24,247 bases of DNA from Deltaproteobacteria bacterium (GTDB lineage: Bacteria > Desulfobacterota > Desulfobacteria > Desulfobacterales > JAFDHS01): NCBI GenBank assembly GCA_019308655.1, contig JAFDHS010000012.1:1-24247 (forward strand), read 5' to 3'. Shown piece by piece: positions 9,300-18,138 of the stretch (its first letter is position 1; each line of letters opens with the position of its first letter). Below the pieces are notes generated by a model, which saw nothing but the letters and a program-made list of their open reading frames with translations, was not told the DNA's origin and did no database searches. A program made the position numbers and the translations under genes.

Positions 9300-10883
9300 C
9301 TAAAGTTCAAAAGTCCTTGCCGCTTTGATTAATGGTAAGGTGCGTAGTTTCTCGAGAACATCATCGGGTATCGGCGTATCTGTTTGGAGAAAAATGATAT
9401 TTCTTTCGCCTTCTTCTTCCTGACCCACCTGCATTCTGGCAATGTTAATATTGTTTTCGCCGAGTGTGGAAGCGATACTGCCGATGGCACCGGGCTTATC
9501 AAGATTATGTATAAGTGATAAATACCCCTTCTTGAGGATCAACTCAAGACGGAAATTATTAATTTTCACCACTCTGGGGTCGTTTTTGCCGAAAATTGTT
9601 CCTGCAATCGTGTTTGTCATTTCCGTGGTAATGGCTTTTACCGTCATCAGGTTCGTATAATCCTGAGACGCGGAACTGGTTGTCTCGGTAATTTTTATTC
9701 CTCTCTCCTTTGCAAGAACAGGGGCATTAACGGAATTTACATCATCAGAGACTATTGGTGTAAGAAGTCCTTTCAATACAGCCGTTGTAACGGAAGCCAT
9801 GTCAAGGCCAAAAAAATTTCCCGTATACTCAATGGCTACTTCTTTTAAAGGCCCTTTGGAAAGTTGGGCCAGCAGAGAACCTATTCGGTCCCCGAGGGTT
9901 AAAAAAGGTCTGAGCTTATTCAGCAGTTCTCCGGTGACGGACGGGACGTTTACGGCATTGATGATCGTATTGTTTTTCAAAAATTCGATAATCTGTTCGG
10001 CCACTGAAACAGCTACATTGGTTTGAGCTTCATAGGTGGAAGCTCCGAGATGAGGCGTTGCAATTACCTGGTCCAGTTCAAAAAGAGGAGAGTTGTCGGG
10101 AGGTTCGATTTCAAAAACATCCAGTGCCGCTCCAGCCACCTTGCCCGACTTTATAGCATCATAAAGATCCTTTTCATCAACAATACCGCCACGGGCGCAG
10201 CATATGAGCATTACCCCATCTTTCATCTGCGCAAACGCTTCCTTGTTAATGAGCTTTGTCGTGCTTTTAAGTTTGGGAATATGTATCGTTATATAATCGG
10301 ATTGGTTGTACAACTCTTCAAGGGTTACGCTTTCAAATCCGGCTTTTTCGATCCGTTCGGGGGTCACATTAGGGTCGTAAATAATAACGCGCATTTTCAG
10401 CCCGCGCGCACGATCCGCCACAATGGTGCCGATATTACCAAATCCGATGATCCCGAGAGTTTTGTTGAAAATTTCTCTGCCCTTAAGTTTGTTTTTATCC
10501 CAGCGTCCGGCCTTTAATGATGCGGTGGCTTGTGGAATATTGCGGGTTAAGGCCATCATTAAGGAGAGGGTATGCTCGGCAGTGGTTACAACATTACCGC
10601 CGGGGGTGTTCATGACCACTATGCCATGCTTGGTTGCAGCCGGAATATCAACATTGTCAAGACCTATACCCGCTCGTCCGATCACCTTTAAGTGTTTTGC
10701 CGTATTTAAAAGATCCTCAGTTACCTTTGTAGCGCTCCGGATTATCAGGGCGTCGTAGTCTCCGATAATCGCTTTCTGCTCTTCGGGAGACAGCCCCGTT
10801 CTAACATCAACATCAATATCTTTTTCATCTTTAAGTAATTGAACGCCCCTTTCATCGAGATTATCACTGACCAGAACCTTCAT
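9300..10883 (-). CDS. serA: D-3-phosphoglycerate dehydrogenase, long type with ASB and ACT domains
   Basis: IIRSATKVT, IGRAGIGLDNVD, TAEHT, GIIGFGNIG, ALDVFEIEPP, TPHLGAST, and C-terminal NLDKPGAIG..IARMQVG (ACT). Start ATG 10883 after AGGGGG. Confidence 0.97.
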   Translation of the reverse strand: MKVLVSDNLDERGVQLLKDEKDIDVDVRTGLSPEEQKAIIGDYDALIIRSATKVTEDLLNTAKHLKVIGRAGIGLDNVDIPAATKHGIVVMNTPGGNVVTTAEHTLSLMMALTRNIPQATASLKAGRWDKNKLKGREIFNKTLGIIGFGNIGTIVADRARGLKMRVIIYDPNVTPERIEKAGFESVTLEELYNQSDYITIHIPKLKSTTKLINKEAFAQMKDGVMLICCARGGIVDEKDLYDAIKSGKVAGAALDVFEIEPPDNSPLFELDQVIATPHLGASTYEAQTNVAVSVAEQIIEFLKNNTIINAVNVPSVTGELLNKLRPFLTLGDRIGSLLAQLSKGPLKEVAIEYTGNFFGLDMASVTTAVLKGLLTPIVSDDVNSVNAPVLAKERGIKITETTSSASQDYTNLMTVKAITTEMTNTIAGTIFGKNDPRVVKINNFRLELILKKGYLSLIHNLDKPGAIGSIASTLGENNINIARMQVGQEEEGERNIIFLQTDTPIPDDVLEKLRTLPLIKAARTFEL

Positions 10884-11006
10884 TAACAATTCCCCCTGAA
10901 AATCAAAACATTATTATTTCCAAAAAACGCTCTTACAGTTTGTGAATGCTAAAGCGCTTGCCTGATATTTGTATTTTTTGATGAGCCTATGAATTATCGT
11001 TGCAAT

Positions 11007-11034
11007 AAAATATTAAAACAGCAGGGTTTGTCAA
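11007..11034 (-). promoter_or_regulatory. Putative sigma70 promoter for serA
   Basis: On the - strand TTGACA-N16-TATTTT, about 120 nt upstream of serA. Confidence 0.5.
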
Positions 11035-11212
11035 GTAATAATAAAGAATATTAACAAGTCTGACTGGGTCATTTCAGCTACCCTCCGCTTTTTTAAATTT
11101 TGAAACTTTTTGTCATACCGAACATCAGTAAACTCGCAATATTAATAAGGAGAAGGTAATCTTGAAATCATTGCAAATAATGGCTGAGTGGAAGATTAGG
11201 CAATAAATTTTC

Positions 11213-11241
11213 TTGACTTTCTTCATGGAATGTGTTTAAAG
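11213..11241 (+). promoter_or_regulatory. Possible promoter for the nuo-like operon
   Basis: TTGACT at 11213-11218. The -10 region (TTTAAA/TTAAAG at 16-17 nt spacing) is weak. Confidence 0.3.
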
Positions 11242-11348
11242 CCACTCTGACAAATCAGAGTTGCAGAGGTTGTTCTAAATGAGGATATTTTCCCATTAAG
11301 GGTTTTTATCCAGCAGTTGATTTTTTATGTCCCGGGACTAAAACCCTT

Positions 11349-11714
11349 ATGTACGTTGTAATTTTTCTTCTGATAGCTGTAATTGCCGGTTTTTCCCCTT
11401 TCATCGTTTCTAAGCTTGTTCGTCCTAAATCCCCCACTTCTGAGAGAACCCGTACGACATATGAATGTGGCGCATTGCCCTATGGTGAGGCTTGGAACTT
11501 TCGATTCGGTATTGCCTACTACCTATATGCCTTGATTTTTTTGGCTTTTGACGTTGATATCCTTTATCTGTTTCCGGTTGCCGCTGCTTTTGATAAGGTG
11601 CCTGGATTCCGGGGTATTGTTGAGTTGCTTATTTTTGTAGGTATCTTATCCTTGGCAATTGTCTATGCCTGGAACAAAGGAGTCTTTACGTGGAAGAAAA
11701 AAGAGGTCGCTTAA
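11349..11714 (+). CDS. nuoA: Complex I-like subunit A
   Basis: Three TM segments, TYECG loop, [30 protein letters not shown]. Confidence 0.96.
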   Translation: MYVVIFLLIAVIAGFSPFIVSKLVRPKSPTSERTRTTYECGALPYGEAWNFRFGIAYYLYALIFLAFDVDILYLFPVAAAFDKVPGFRGIVELLIFVGILSLAIVYAWNKGVFTWKKKEVA

Positions 11715-12325
11715 CCCTTGATTCCTATGCAAAGGATCTCAAGGATAAGCTAAGGAAAGAAGTATCCGTTATACCCGGTGAAACGGATGCCGGGCCGTTG
11801 ACTCGTTTCGAGTTGACAGATAGAATAATAGATTTGTGTCGGGCAAATTCACTTTGGCCCATGACATTTGGAATTGCTTGTTGCGCCATTGAAATGATGG
11901 CGGCGGGAATGGCACGCTTTGATATTTCTCGATACGGATCAGAGGTTTTTCGACCCTCTCCCCGGCAGAGTGATCTTATGATTGTTGCGGGTACCGTGAA
12001 TAAAAAATTCGCTCCGATTTTGGTGACGCTTTATGAGCAAATGCCTTCTCCTAAATGGGTTATTGCTATGGGTAACTGCGCGATATCGGGCGGCCCGTTT
12101 GCTCCCAAAGAGAATTATAATATAATTGAAGGCGTGGATAAGTTGATTCCCGTTGATGTTTATGTGCCTGGTTGTCCCCCCCGTCCCGAAGGGTTGATTG
12201 AGGGGATTCTCAAACTGCAGGAAAAGATCACTAAAGTACGTTATCCTTTTCCCCAGAACAAGATGCCGGCGGAAGATACGGCGGGGATTCAAACCAGATG
12301 GCCAAAATGGGGAAAAGATAAATGA
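11690..12325 (+). CDS. nuoB: Complex I-like subunit B (N2 cluster)
   Basis: [17 protein letters not shown] (tandem Cys), [38 protein letters not shown] start preceded by AAAGGAG. Confidence 0.97.
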   Translation: MEEKRGRLTLDSYAKDLKDKLRKEVSVIPGETDAGPLTRFELTDRIIDLCRANSLWPMTFGIACCAIEMMAAGMARFDISRYGSEVFRPSPRQSDLMIVAGTVNKKFAPILVTLYEQMPSPKWVIAMGNCAISGGPFAPKENYNIIEGVDKLIPVDVYVPGCPPRPEGLIEGILKLQEKITKVRYPFPQNKMPAEDTAGIQTRWPKWGKDK

Positions 12326-12849
12326 AATCGATGAATCAGTTTGTGGATGCTTTGAAGCGTCTGTCCGTTCAGATCAGCGAAGTCGATTACGACAGGCGCG
12401 GCTATCATCTTGAGGTATCGATGGCAGATAATCAGGTGCGTGAGTTTGCCAAAGCCATGCTTGATAACGAATTTTATTTGGTGTTTGTTACGGCGAATCA
12501 CGTAAAACCCGCCATTGAGGTTGTTTATCAATTTGCTCATTTTAGCACACCCTGTCGAGTATGTGCTCGGGCTTGTGTTGCTGAAGGCGAAAAAATATCT
12601 ACGATATCGGATATTTTTCATGGAGCGGATTGGCATGAGCGGGAGACAAAGGATTTTTTTGGGGTAAATTTTGAAGGGCACCCCAACCTTAAACCGTTGC
12701 TTCTTGCAGAAGATGATGCGGATCTTAAGCCACTCTTAAAGAGTGAAAAAATGTTGAAAAACGTGGAAGAAATCCGTTGGCAGGGAGAAAAGCCCGCTAA
12801 GCCTGCCGCCGCCGGTAAACAGGCTGAACAAAAAGCGGAGCAGAGCTGA
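12322..12849 (+). CDS. nuoC: Complex I-like subunit C
   Basis: [35 protein letters not shown] (ERE.. F.GHP motif). ATGA overlap with nuoB. Confidence 0.94.
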   Translation: MKSMNQFVDALKRLSVQISEVDYDRRGYHLEVSMADNQVREFAKAMLDNEFYLVFVTANHVKPAIEVVYQFAHFSTPCRVCARACVAEGEKISTISDIFHGADWHERETKDFFGVNFEGHPNLKPLLLAEDDADLKPLLKSEKMLKNVEEIRWQGEKPAKPAAAGKQAEQKAEQS

Positions 12850-12854
12850 TAATC

Positions 12855-13970
12855 ATGAAATCAGAAACGAATACCCAGCAAAACCAATCTTTTACCTTGA
12901 ATATGGGACCGCAACACCCTAGTACGCATGGGGTTTTGCAGGTAATTCTGGAAATGGATGGGGAGTATGTTCTTGATCCTCAGCCGGTTTTGGGCTACAT
13001 CCATCGAATGCACGAAAAGATGGGTGAATCAAGGCCCTGTAGAAAATTTTTGCCGAATACCGGACGAATGGATTATGTTTGTGCCTTGCCTTTCAATCAT
13101 GGCTATGTCGGTCTCATTGAACGGGCGGCAGGAATTGAGGTGCCTCCCCGCGCTGAATACATTCGAGTAATCACTTCGGAATTAAACCGGGTCGCTAGTC
13201 ATCTTCTCTGGCTTGGGGCATTTCTTCTTGATTTGGGTGCCTTTACTCCGATTATGTATTCATTTGATGATAGAGAACAGATTCTTGATATTCTTGAAGA
13301 AATAACCGGATCGAGATTGACTTACTGTTACTTCCGGCCGGGAGGCGTTTACCAGGACATTAGTGATAAATTTATTGAAGGAACCAGGGCTTTTATCAAA
13401 CGAATGCGCAGTCGATTCAGCATTTATGAAAAACTGGTTGCTACAAATATTATTTTTATAAAGCGAGCAGAGGGAGTCGGAGTCATCAGCCCTGATATGG
13501 CTCGGAGATATGGTGTTACCGGCCCTCTTTTGCGAGGTTCAGGCATTTCGTATGACATTCGCAAACAAGAGCCCTATTCGGTTTATTCTGACTTTGATTT
13601 TGATGTCCCGGTGGGGGAAAATGGTGATTCTTTGGATCGCTATAAGGTCAGGGTTCAGGAAATGGAACAGAGTCTGCGGATCATTGAGCAAGCCCTTGAT
13701 AAATTGCCGGAAGGTCCTTATTTGGGTAAGGCTCCGAAAAAAATCAAGTTGCCACCGGGTGATAGTAGCTTTTCAGTTGAAGCGGCGCGTGGAGAACTTG
13801 CATATTATCTTGTAGGTGATGGAAGTGAGATACCCTATCGCTTAAAGATAAGAGTTCCCTCTTATTCCAATTTAAGTGTATTGCCGGAACTGGGCCGGGG
13901 TATACTTTTAGCTGACCTGGTAACGATTATGGGCAGTTTTGATCTGGTTATCCCCGAGATTGACAGATAA
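12855..13970 (+). CDS. nuoD: Complex I-like subunit D (quinone-binding, not a NiFe large subunit)
   Basis: NMGPQHPSTHGVL, GYIHRMHEK, RMDY, ELNRVASHL, EAARGEL, C-terminal DLVIPEIDR. No CxxC Ni-binding motifs. Confidence 0.97.
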   Translation: MKSETNTQQNQSFTLNMGPQHPSTHGVLQVILEMDGEYVLDPQPVLGYIHRMHEKMGESRPCRKFLPNTGRMDYVCALPFNHGYVGLIERAAGIEVPPRAEYIRVITSELNRVASHLLWLGAFLLDLGAFTPIMYSFDDREQILDILEEITGSRLTYCYFRPGGVYQDISDKFIEGTRAFIKRMRSRFSIYEKLVATNIIFIKRAEGVGVISPDMARRYGVTGPLLRGSGISYDIRKQEPYSVYSDFDFDVPVGENGDSLDRYKVRVQEMEQSLRIIEQALDKLPEGPYLGKAPKKIKLPPGDSSFSVEAARGELAYYLVGDGSEIPYRLKIRVPSYSNLSVLPELGRGILLADLVTIMGSFDLVIPEIDR

Positions 13971-13975
13971 AAATT

Positions 13976-14968
13976 ATGGAAATCACATCTTTTTTACCTC
14001 CTGACATTATTCGTATGATTGTTTCCGCAGTTGTCATTATCTCTTTTGTGTTTTTAAACGCTATGGTGATGACGTATGCGGAACGAAAACTCGCGGGACA
14101 CTTTCAGCGTCGTCCGGGACCCATGGAGGTCGGGTCACATGGGCTGTTGCAAGTGATCGTTGATGGTCTAAAACTGATCGGTAAACAGCTTATCCTTCCA
14201 AAGGACGTCGATCGACCTTTGTTTCGGTTAGCTCCTTTACTGGCGTTTATTCCTGTAGTTTTACCTTTTATTGTCATTCCTTTCAGTGAAAAATTGCAGG
14301 TGGCGGATTTGAATATCGGCCTGATTTTTATCCTGGCGATTTCATCCCTGAACGGTATGGCTGTCCTGATTGCGGGCTGGAGTTCCAATAATAAATATTC
14401 CTTGTTTGGCGCTTTACGTTCCGTAGCCCAGAATATAGCGTATGAAATTCCTATACTGCTGGTCGTTTTAACGGTTGCCCTGATGGCCAATACGTTTAGC
14501 TTGAAGGGTCTTGTCGAGGCTCAGAGCGGTATGTGGTTTATTCTGCTTCAGCCGGTTGCCTTTATAATTTACTTTATTGCCGGACTGGCGGAGACAAACC
14601 GTGCTCCTTTTGATTTGTCTGAGGCAGAAAGTGAATTAACAGCCGGTTTTCATACCGAATACAGTGGTATGGGATTCAGTCTCTTTTTTCTGGGCGAATA
14701 TGCGAATATGTTTGTCGTATGTTCGATAGCTACAATTCTCTTCCTTGGAGGTTGGCACGGCATTCCCTTGCCGTTCTTGGAATATACCGGGGTCTTCTGG
14801 TTTTTGTTAAAAGTGTACGCGCTTTTATTTGTTATGATCTGGTGCAGATGGACCTATCCTCGTGTGCGTTTTGACCAGTTGATGAATCTGGCTTGGAAGT
14901 ATTTGATTCCGTTTTCTCTGGTTAATTTTATAATAACAGCAATAGTACTGGTAATCGTGAAACTATGA
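13976..14968 (+). CDS. nuoH: Complex I-like subunit H
   Basis: AERKLAGHFQRRPGP, VDGLKLIGKQ, GWSSNNKYSLFGALR, AETNRAPFDLSEAESELTAGFHTEYSG, RWTYPRVRFDQLM. Confidence 0.97.
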   Translation: MEITSFLPPDIIRMIVSAVVIISFVFLNAMVMTYAERKLAGHFQRRPGPMEVGSHGLLQVIVDGLKLIGKQLILPKDVDRPLFRLAPLLAFIPVVLPFIVIPFSEKLQVADLNIGLIFILAISSLNGMAVLIAGWSSNNKYSLFGALRSVAQNIAYEIPILLVVLTVALMANTFSLKGLVEAQSGMWFILLQPVAFIIYFIAGLAETNRAPFDLSEAESELTAGFHTEYSGMGFSLFFLGEYANMFVVCSIATILFLGGWHGIPLPFLEYTGVFWFLLKVYALLFVMIWCRWTYPRVRFDQLMNLAWKYLIPFSLVNFIITAIVLVIVKL

Positions 14969-15408
14969 GCGGCTATTTTTCAGAAATCCTAACTGGCGGC
15001 AAGAGTCTTTTGGTGGGTTTAGGTGTAACCTTTAAGGCCATGCTCCAGCCTGTTGTTACCGTGCAGTATCCGCGGGAAAAGACTGATGTAACTAGCTCTA
15101 ACTACCGCGGGCATATTGAGTTGGTTAGAAACCCTGAAACCGGTTCTTTTAAGTGTATTGCCTGTGGCTTGTGTGCCAAGGCGTGTCCTTCTGAATGCAT
15201 CACTGTAAAAAGTGAAAAGAGGGAAGGTGTAAAGGGTAAGGTTTTAACGGTTTTTCAGCTTGATTTTACCAAATGCAGTCTGTGTGGTTCCTGTGTGGAA
15301 GCCTGTAATAAAGGGGCGATAAGATTCTCCCAGGATTACAATATTGCCGGTTTTACCAAAGAAGAGTTTCACTACGATTTGCTTAAACGGCTGGAGGAAA
15401 TGGGATGA
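14965..15408 (+). CDS. nuoI: Complex I-like subunit I (2x[4Fe-4S])
   Basis: VTVQYPRE, CIACGLCAKACP and CSLCGSCVEAC ferredoxin motifs. Confidence 0.95.
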   Translation: MSGYFSEILTGGKSLLVGLGVTFKAMLQPVVTVQYPREKTDVTSSNYRGHIELVRNPETGSFKCIACGLCAKACPSECITVKSEKREGVKGKVLTVFQLDFTKCSLCGSCVEACNKGAIRFSQDYNIAGFTKEEFHYDLLKRLEEMG

Positions 15409-15929
15409 TTTTCTACCGCTATATTGCAGAGTTTATGTTTTTTTTCTTCATTTTTCTTACCTTTGCCGGTGCTTTGCTGGCGGTTAGGACTAGATTATTG
15501 ATGCATGCACTTTTAGGCCTGGCGGTTTCGTTTTTAGGAGTTGCCGGGCTGTATTTTTATCTTGGCAGTTTATTCTTGTCAATGATGCAGATACTTATAT
15601 ATGTGGGGGCTATTTGCATTGTAATCGCTTTTGGTATTATGGTCGGTTATACGCCTGAGCAGTTGAAGGAGAAGAAGATTGCCGGTAAAAACCTGCTGTT
15701 GGGTGTATCTGCCGCTGTTGTCGTATTTTCCTTGTTGTTTGTAGCTATTTGGCGGACTGTCTGGGTTCCGGCTGTAACTCGGGTGGGAGATTTTTCTTTG
15801 GCTTGGCTGGGGCAGAATCTGCTCTACAATTATTGCTTGGCCTTTGAATTGATTTCGGTAGTGCTTCTGGCTGCTATTGTTGGAGCTATAATTCTGGCCG
15901 GTGAAGGAAGGGAGGAAAAGGTTCGATGA
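15405..15929 (+). CDS. nuoJ: Complex I-like subunit J
   Basis: Five TM segments, QILIYVGAICIVIAFGIM, YCLAFELISVVLLAAIVGAIIL. Confidence 0.94.
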   Translation: MIFYRYIAEFMFFFFIFLTFAGALLAVRTRLLMHALLGLAVSFLGVAGLYFYLGSLFLSMMQILIYVGAICIVIAFGIMVGYTPEQLKEKKIAGKNLLLGVSAAVVVFSLLFVAIWRTVWVPAVTRVGDFSLAWLGQNLLYNYCLAFELISVVLLAAIVGAIILAGEGREEKVR

Positions 15930-16243
15930 TGCTGAGCGATAATCTCAATACGTATCTGCTCGTTGCCGTTTTTTTGTTAATCGTTGGAATTTTCGGTATG
16001 ATTCAGCATCGATCTTTTATCGGAATGCTGCTTTCAACCGAACTGATTCTAAGCGGCGCAGGGCTTAATTTTATGGCGTTTAACCGTTTTTTGTCGCCAA
16101 ACCTGGCTGTCGGCCAGATTTTTACCATGTTTATTATGGGGATTGCGGCAGCGGAAGCGGCCATTGGCGTTAGTATTATCCTTGCGGTTTACCGCAAATA
16201 CAAAACTGTTGATCCGGATGAGGTTCACGATTTAAGGGGATAA
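15926..16243 (+). CDS. nuoK: Complex I-like subunit K
   Basis: Three TM segments, MLLSTELILSG, GQIFTMFIMGIAAAEAAIGVSII with both conserved Glu. Confidence 0.95.
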   Translation: MMLSDNLNTYLLVAVFLLIVGIFGMIQHRSFIGMLLSTELILSGAGLNFMAFNRFLSPNLAVGQIFTMFIMGIAAAEAAIGVSIILAVYRKYKTVDPDEVHDLRG

Positions 16244-16399
16244 TGCTCAAAGTGTTTTTTATTGCCTCCTAATGTTTTTTTCACCACAGAGGTCACGTAG
16301 AATTTAAGCGCTTTGCTTGATTACGGACAGCGGCAAAGTTAAATAAATATCTTCGTGTTCCTTATGGCTGATCAAGGGCGAAACTGAGAAGAAAATATA

Positions 16400-17893
16400 A
16401 TGGAAACAATCATCACCAATAAAATTTTATTGACCCCGGCTATTCCCATGATAACTGCTATTTTAATAATGGCTTCAGGGAAAAAGCCGAATTTGAGGGA
16501 GTCTTGGTCAATTATCGGGGCTATACTGACCTTCCTCTCTGTTGTTACCCTTTTGCCCCGGATTCTTGCAGGTGGATCATTTCAGTGTACCCTGTTTACA
16601 CTCTATCCCGGGATTTCGGTCAAATTCCATCTGGATGGTTTAGGCATCCTGTTTGCCGGGACGGCTTCTTTTTTGTGGATTTTAGCCGGTTTTTACTGTA
16701 TCGGCTACATGAGGGGACTCAACGAGCATGCTCAGACACGGTTTTATGTCTGTTATGCCGTGTCGGTCGGCGCTGCCATGGGTGCTGCGTTTGCCGGTAA
16801 TTTGTTTACACTCTACCTATTTTATGAAATCGTTTCTATCTTTACCTATCCGCTGGTTGCTCACCATCAGGATGCTGAAGGGTATGAGGGGTCTAAAAAG
16901 TATATCGTCTATCTGATGTTTACTTCAAAGGCTTTTCTTCTTCCGGCCATGGTTCTGGTTTACCTTCAGTGCGGGACGTTAGATTTTTCAACGACCGGTA
17001 TCGTGAATGGTATTTTTCCTCATGATGCAAGCGGTATCCTGGTTATTGTTACATATTGTCTTTGTTTTTTTGGATTTGCCAAGGCAGGTGTCATGCCGCT
17101 GCACAGCTGGCTGCCTTCGGCCATGGTTGCTCCGACACCGGTCAGTGCCCTTTTACATGCAGTAGTTGTTGTTAAGGTCGGTGTTTTTTCCGTCTGTAGA
17201 GTAATGCTCTCTGTTTTCGGAATCAACTTGTTACAGGGACTTCACCTGGGTATTGTTACAGCCTATTTCGTCTCTTTTACCATTGTCGTGGCCTCGGTGA
17301 TCGCTCTGAGCAAATCCAATCTCAAGGCGAGATTAGCCTATTCGACCGTCAGTCAGCTCTCCTATATAATTTTGGGTGTTGCAATGCTTACGCCAAATTC
17401 TATTACGGGCGGACTGATTCATATTGCCAACCACGCTTTTTCCAAGATTACGCTGTTTTTCTGTGCGGGTGCTATTTTTGTAGCCACCGGCAAAAAGGAC
17501 ATCAAGGAGTTGGGCGGCTTAGGTTATCGGATGCCTTTTACCATGATTGCATTTGGTCTGGCGTCCTTAAGTATGATTGGTGCACCACCGGTTTCCGGCT
17601 TCGTTACCAAATGGTATCTGGCTTTGGGAGCCATGGACTTGCATAATGTTATCCTTTTGGCTGTGCTTCTGGTCAGCAGTCTTTTGAATGCCGGTTATTT
17701 TGTACCCATTTTTCTGCAATCCTTTTACGGTAAACCTTTACCGGCGGATAAATCGGCAACGGGTTCCCTTGAGGCTTCTCCGCTTATAATGTTGATGGTG
17801 GTACCTCTTTTTATAACCGCTGTCGCCTCGGTATTGTTCGGCATTTACCCTGATCTTTTTCTCAATATTATAAACGTACTTGTGGGGAAATGA
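16400..17893 (+). CDS. Extra antiporter-like subunit (Mrp/NuoL-M-N superfamily, 14-TM type without lateral helix)
   Basis: LYLFYEIVS (TM5 Glu), FAKAGVMPLHSWLPSAMVAPTPVSALLHAVVVVKVG (TM7 Lys, TM8 His/Lys), LAYSTVSQLSYI, HIANHAFSKITLFF, GFVTKWYL. It ends shortly after GIYP, with no NuoL-type C-terminal helix. Confidence 0.9.
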   Translation: METIITNKILLTPAIPMITAILIMASGKKPNLRESWSIIGAILTFLSVVTLLPRILAGGSFQCTLFTLYPGISVKFHLDGLGILFAGTASFLWILAGFYCIGYMRGLNEHAQTRFYVCYAVSVGAAMGAAFAGNLFTLYLFYEIVSIFTYPLVAHHQDAEGYEGSKKYIVYLMFTSKAFLLPAMVLVYLQCGTLDFSTTGIVNGIFPHDASGILVIVTYCLCFFGFAKAGVMPLHSWLPSAMVAPTPVSALLHAVVVVKVGVFSVCRVMLSVFGINLLQGLHLGIVTAYFVSFTIVVASVIALSKSNLKARLAYSTVSQLSYIILGVAMLTPNSITGGLIHIANHAFSKITLFFCAGAIFVATGKKDIKELGGLGYRMPFTMIAFGLASLSMIGAPPVSGFVTKWYLALGAMDLHNVILLAVLLVSSLLNAGYFVPIFLQSFYGKPLPADKSATGSLEASPLIMLMVVPLFITAVASVLFGIYPDLFLNIINVLVGK

Positions 17894-18138
17894 TGGCACG
17901 TCTTTTTACTTATTTGAGAGATCACTCTCAGGTTTTGAAATGGCTGTTTTATGTTTTTTTAGCACTCGCAATTGCTTTTGATTTCTTTGCTGAACGGCAT
18001 CAACCTCATTTTTGGGGTGACGGTATCGTTGGCTTCTGGTCCATGTTTGGTATACTCGGCTGTCTGGGGATGATCATTCTTTGCAAAGGTCTTTCTCATG
18101 TCTGGCTTATGAAGGATGAAGATTATTATGATAAATAA
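17890..18138 (+). CDS. Small 2-TM hypothetical membrane protein
   Basis: 82 aa with two hydrophobic segments flanking HQPHFWGDGIVGFW and a C-terminal EDYYDK. It overlaps both neighbouring antiporter-like genes, which suggests translational coupling. Confidence 0.82.
   Translation: MMARLFTYLRDHSQVLKWLFYVFLALAIAFDFFAERHQPHFWGDGIVGFWSMFGILGCLGMIILCKGLSHVWLMKDEDYYDK

Noticed and set aside
10940-10957. Rex operator near serA/nuo
   Set aside because: Only one half-site (TTGTGAA) is present; the second half does not resemble TTCACAA.
12855-13970. Group 4 [NiFe]-hydrogenase (Ech/Hyf/Mbh) reading of the cluster
   Set aside because: The large subunit lacks both CxxC Ni-binding motifs, ends in EIDR and keeps the quinone-site His/Tyr. 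NuoA, J and K are present and NuoB has the tandem CC.
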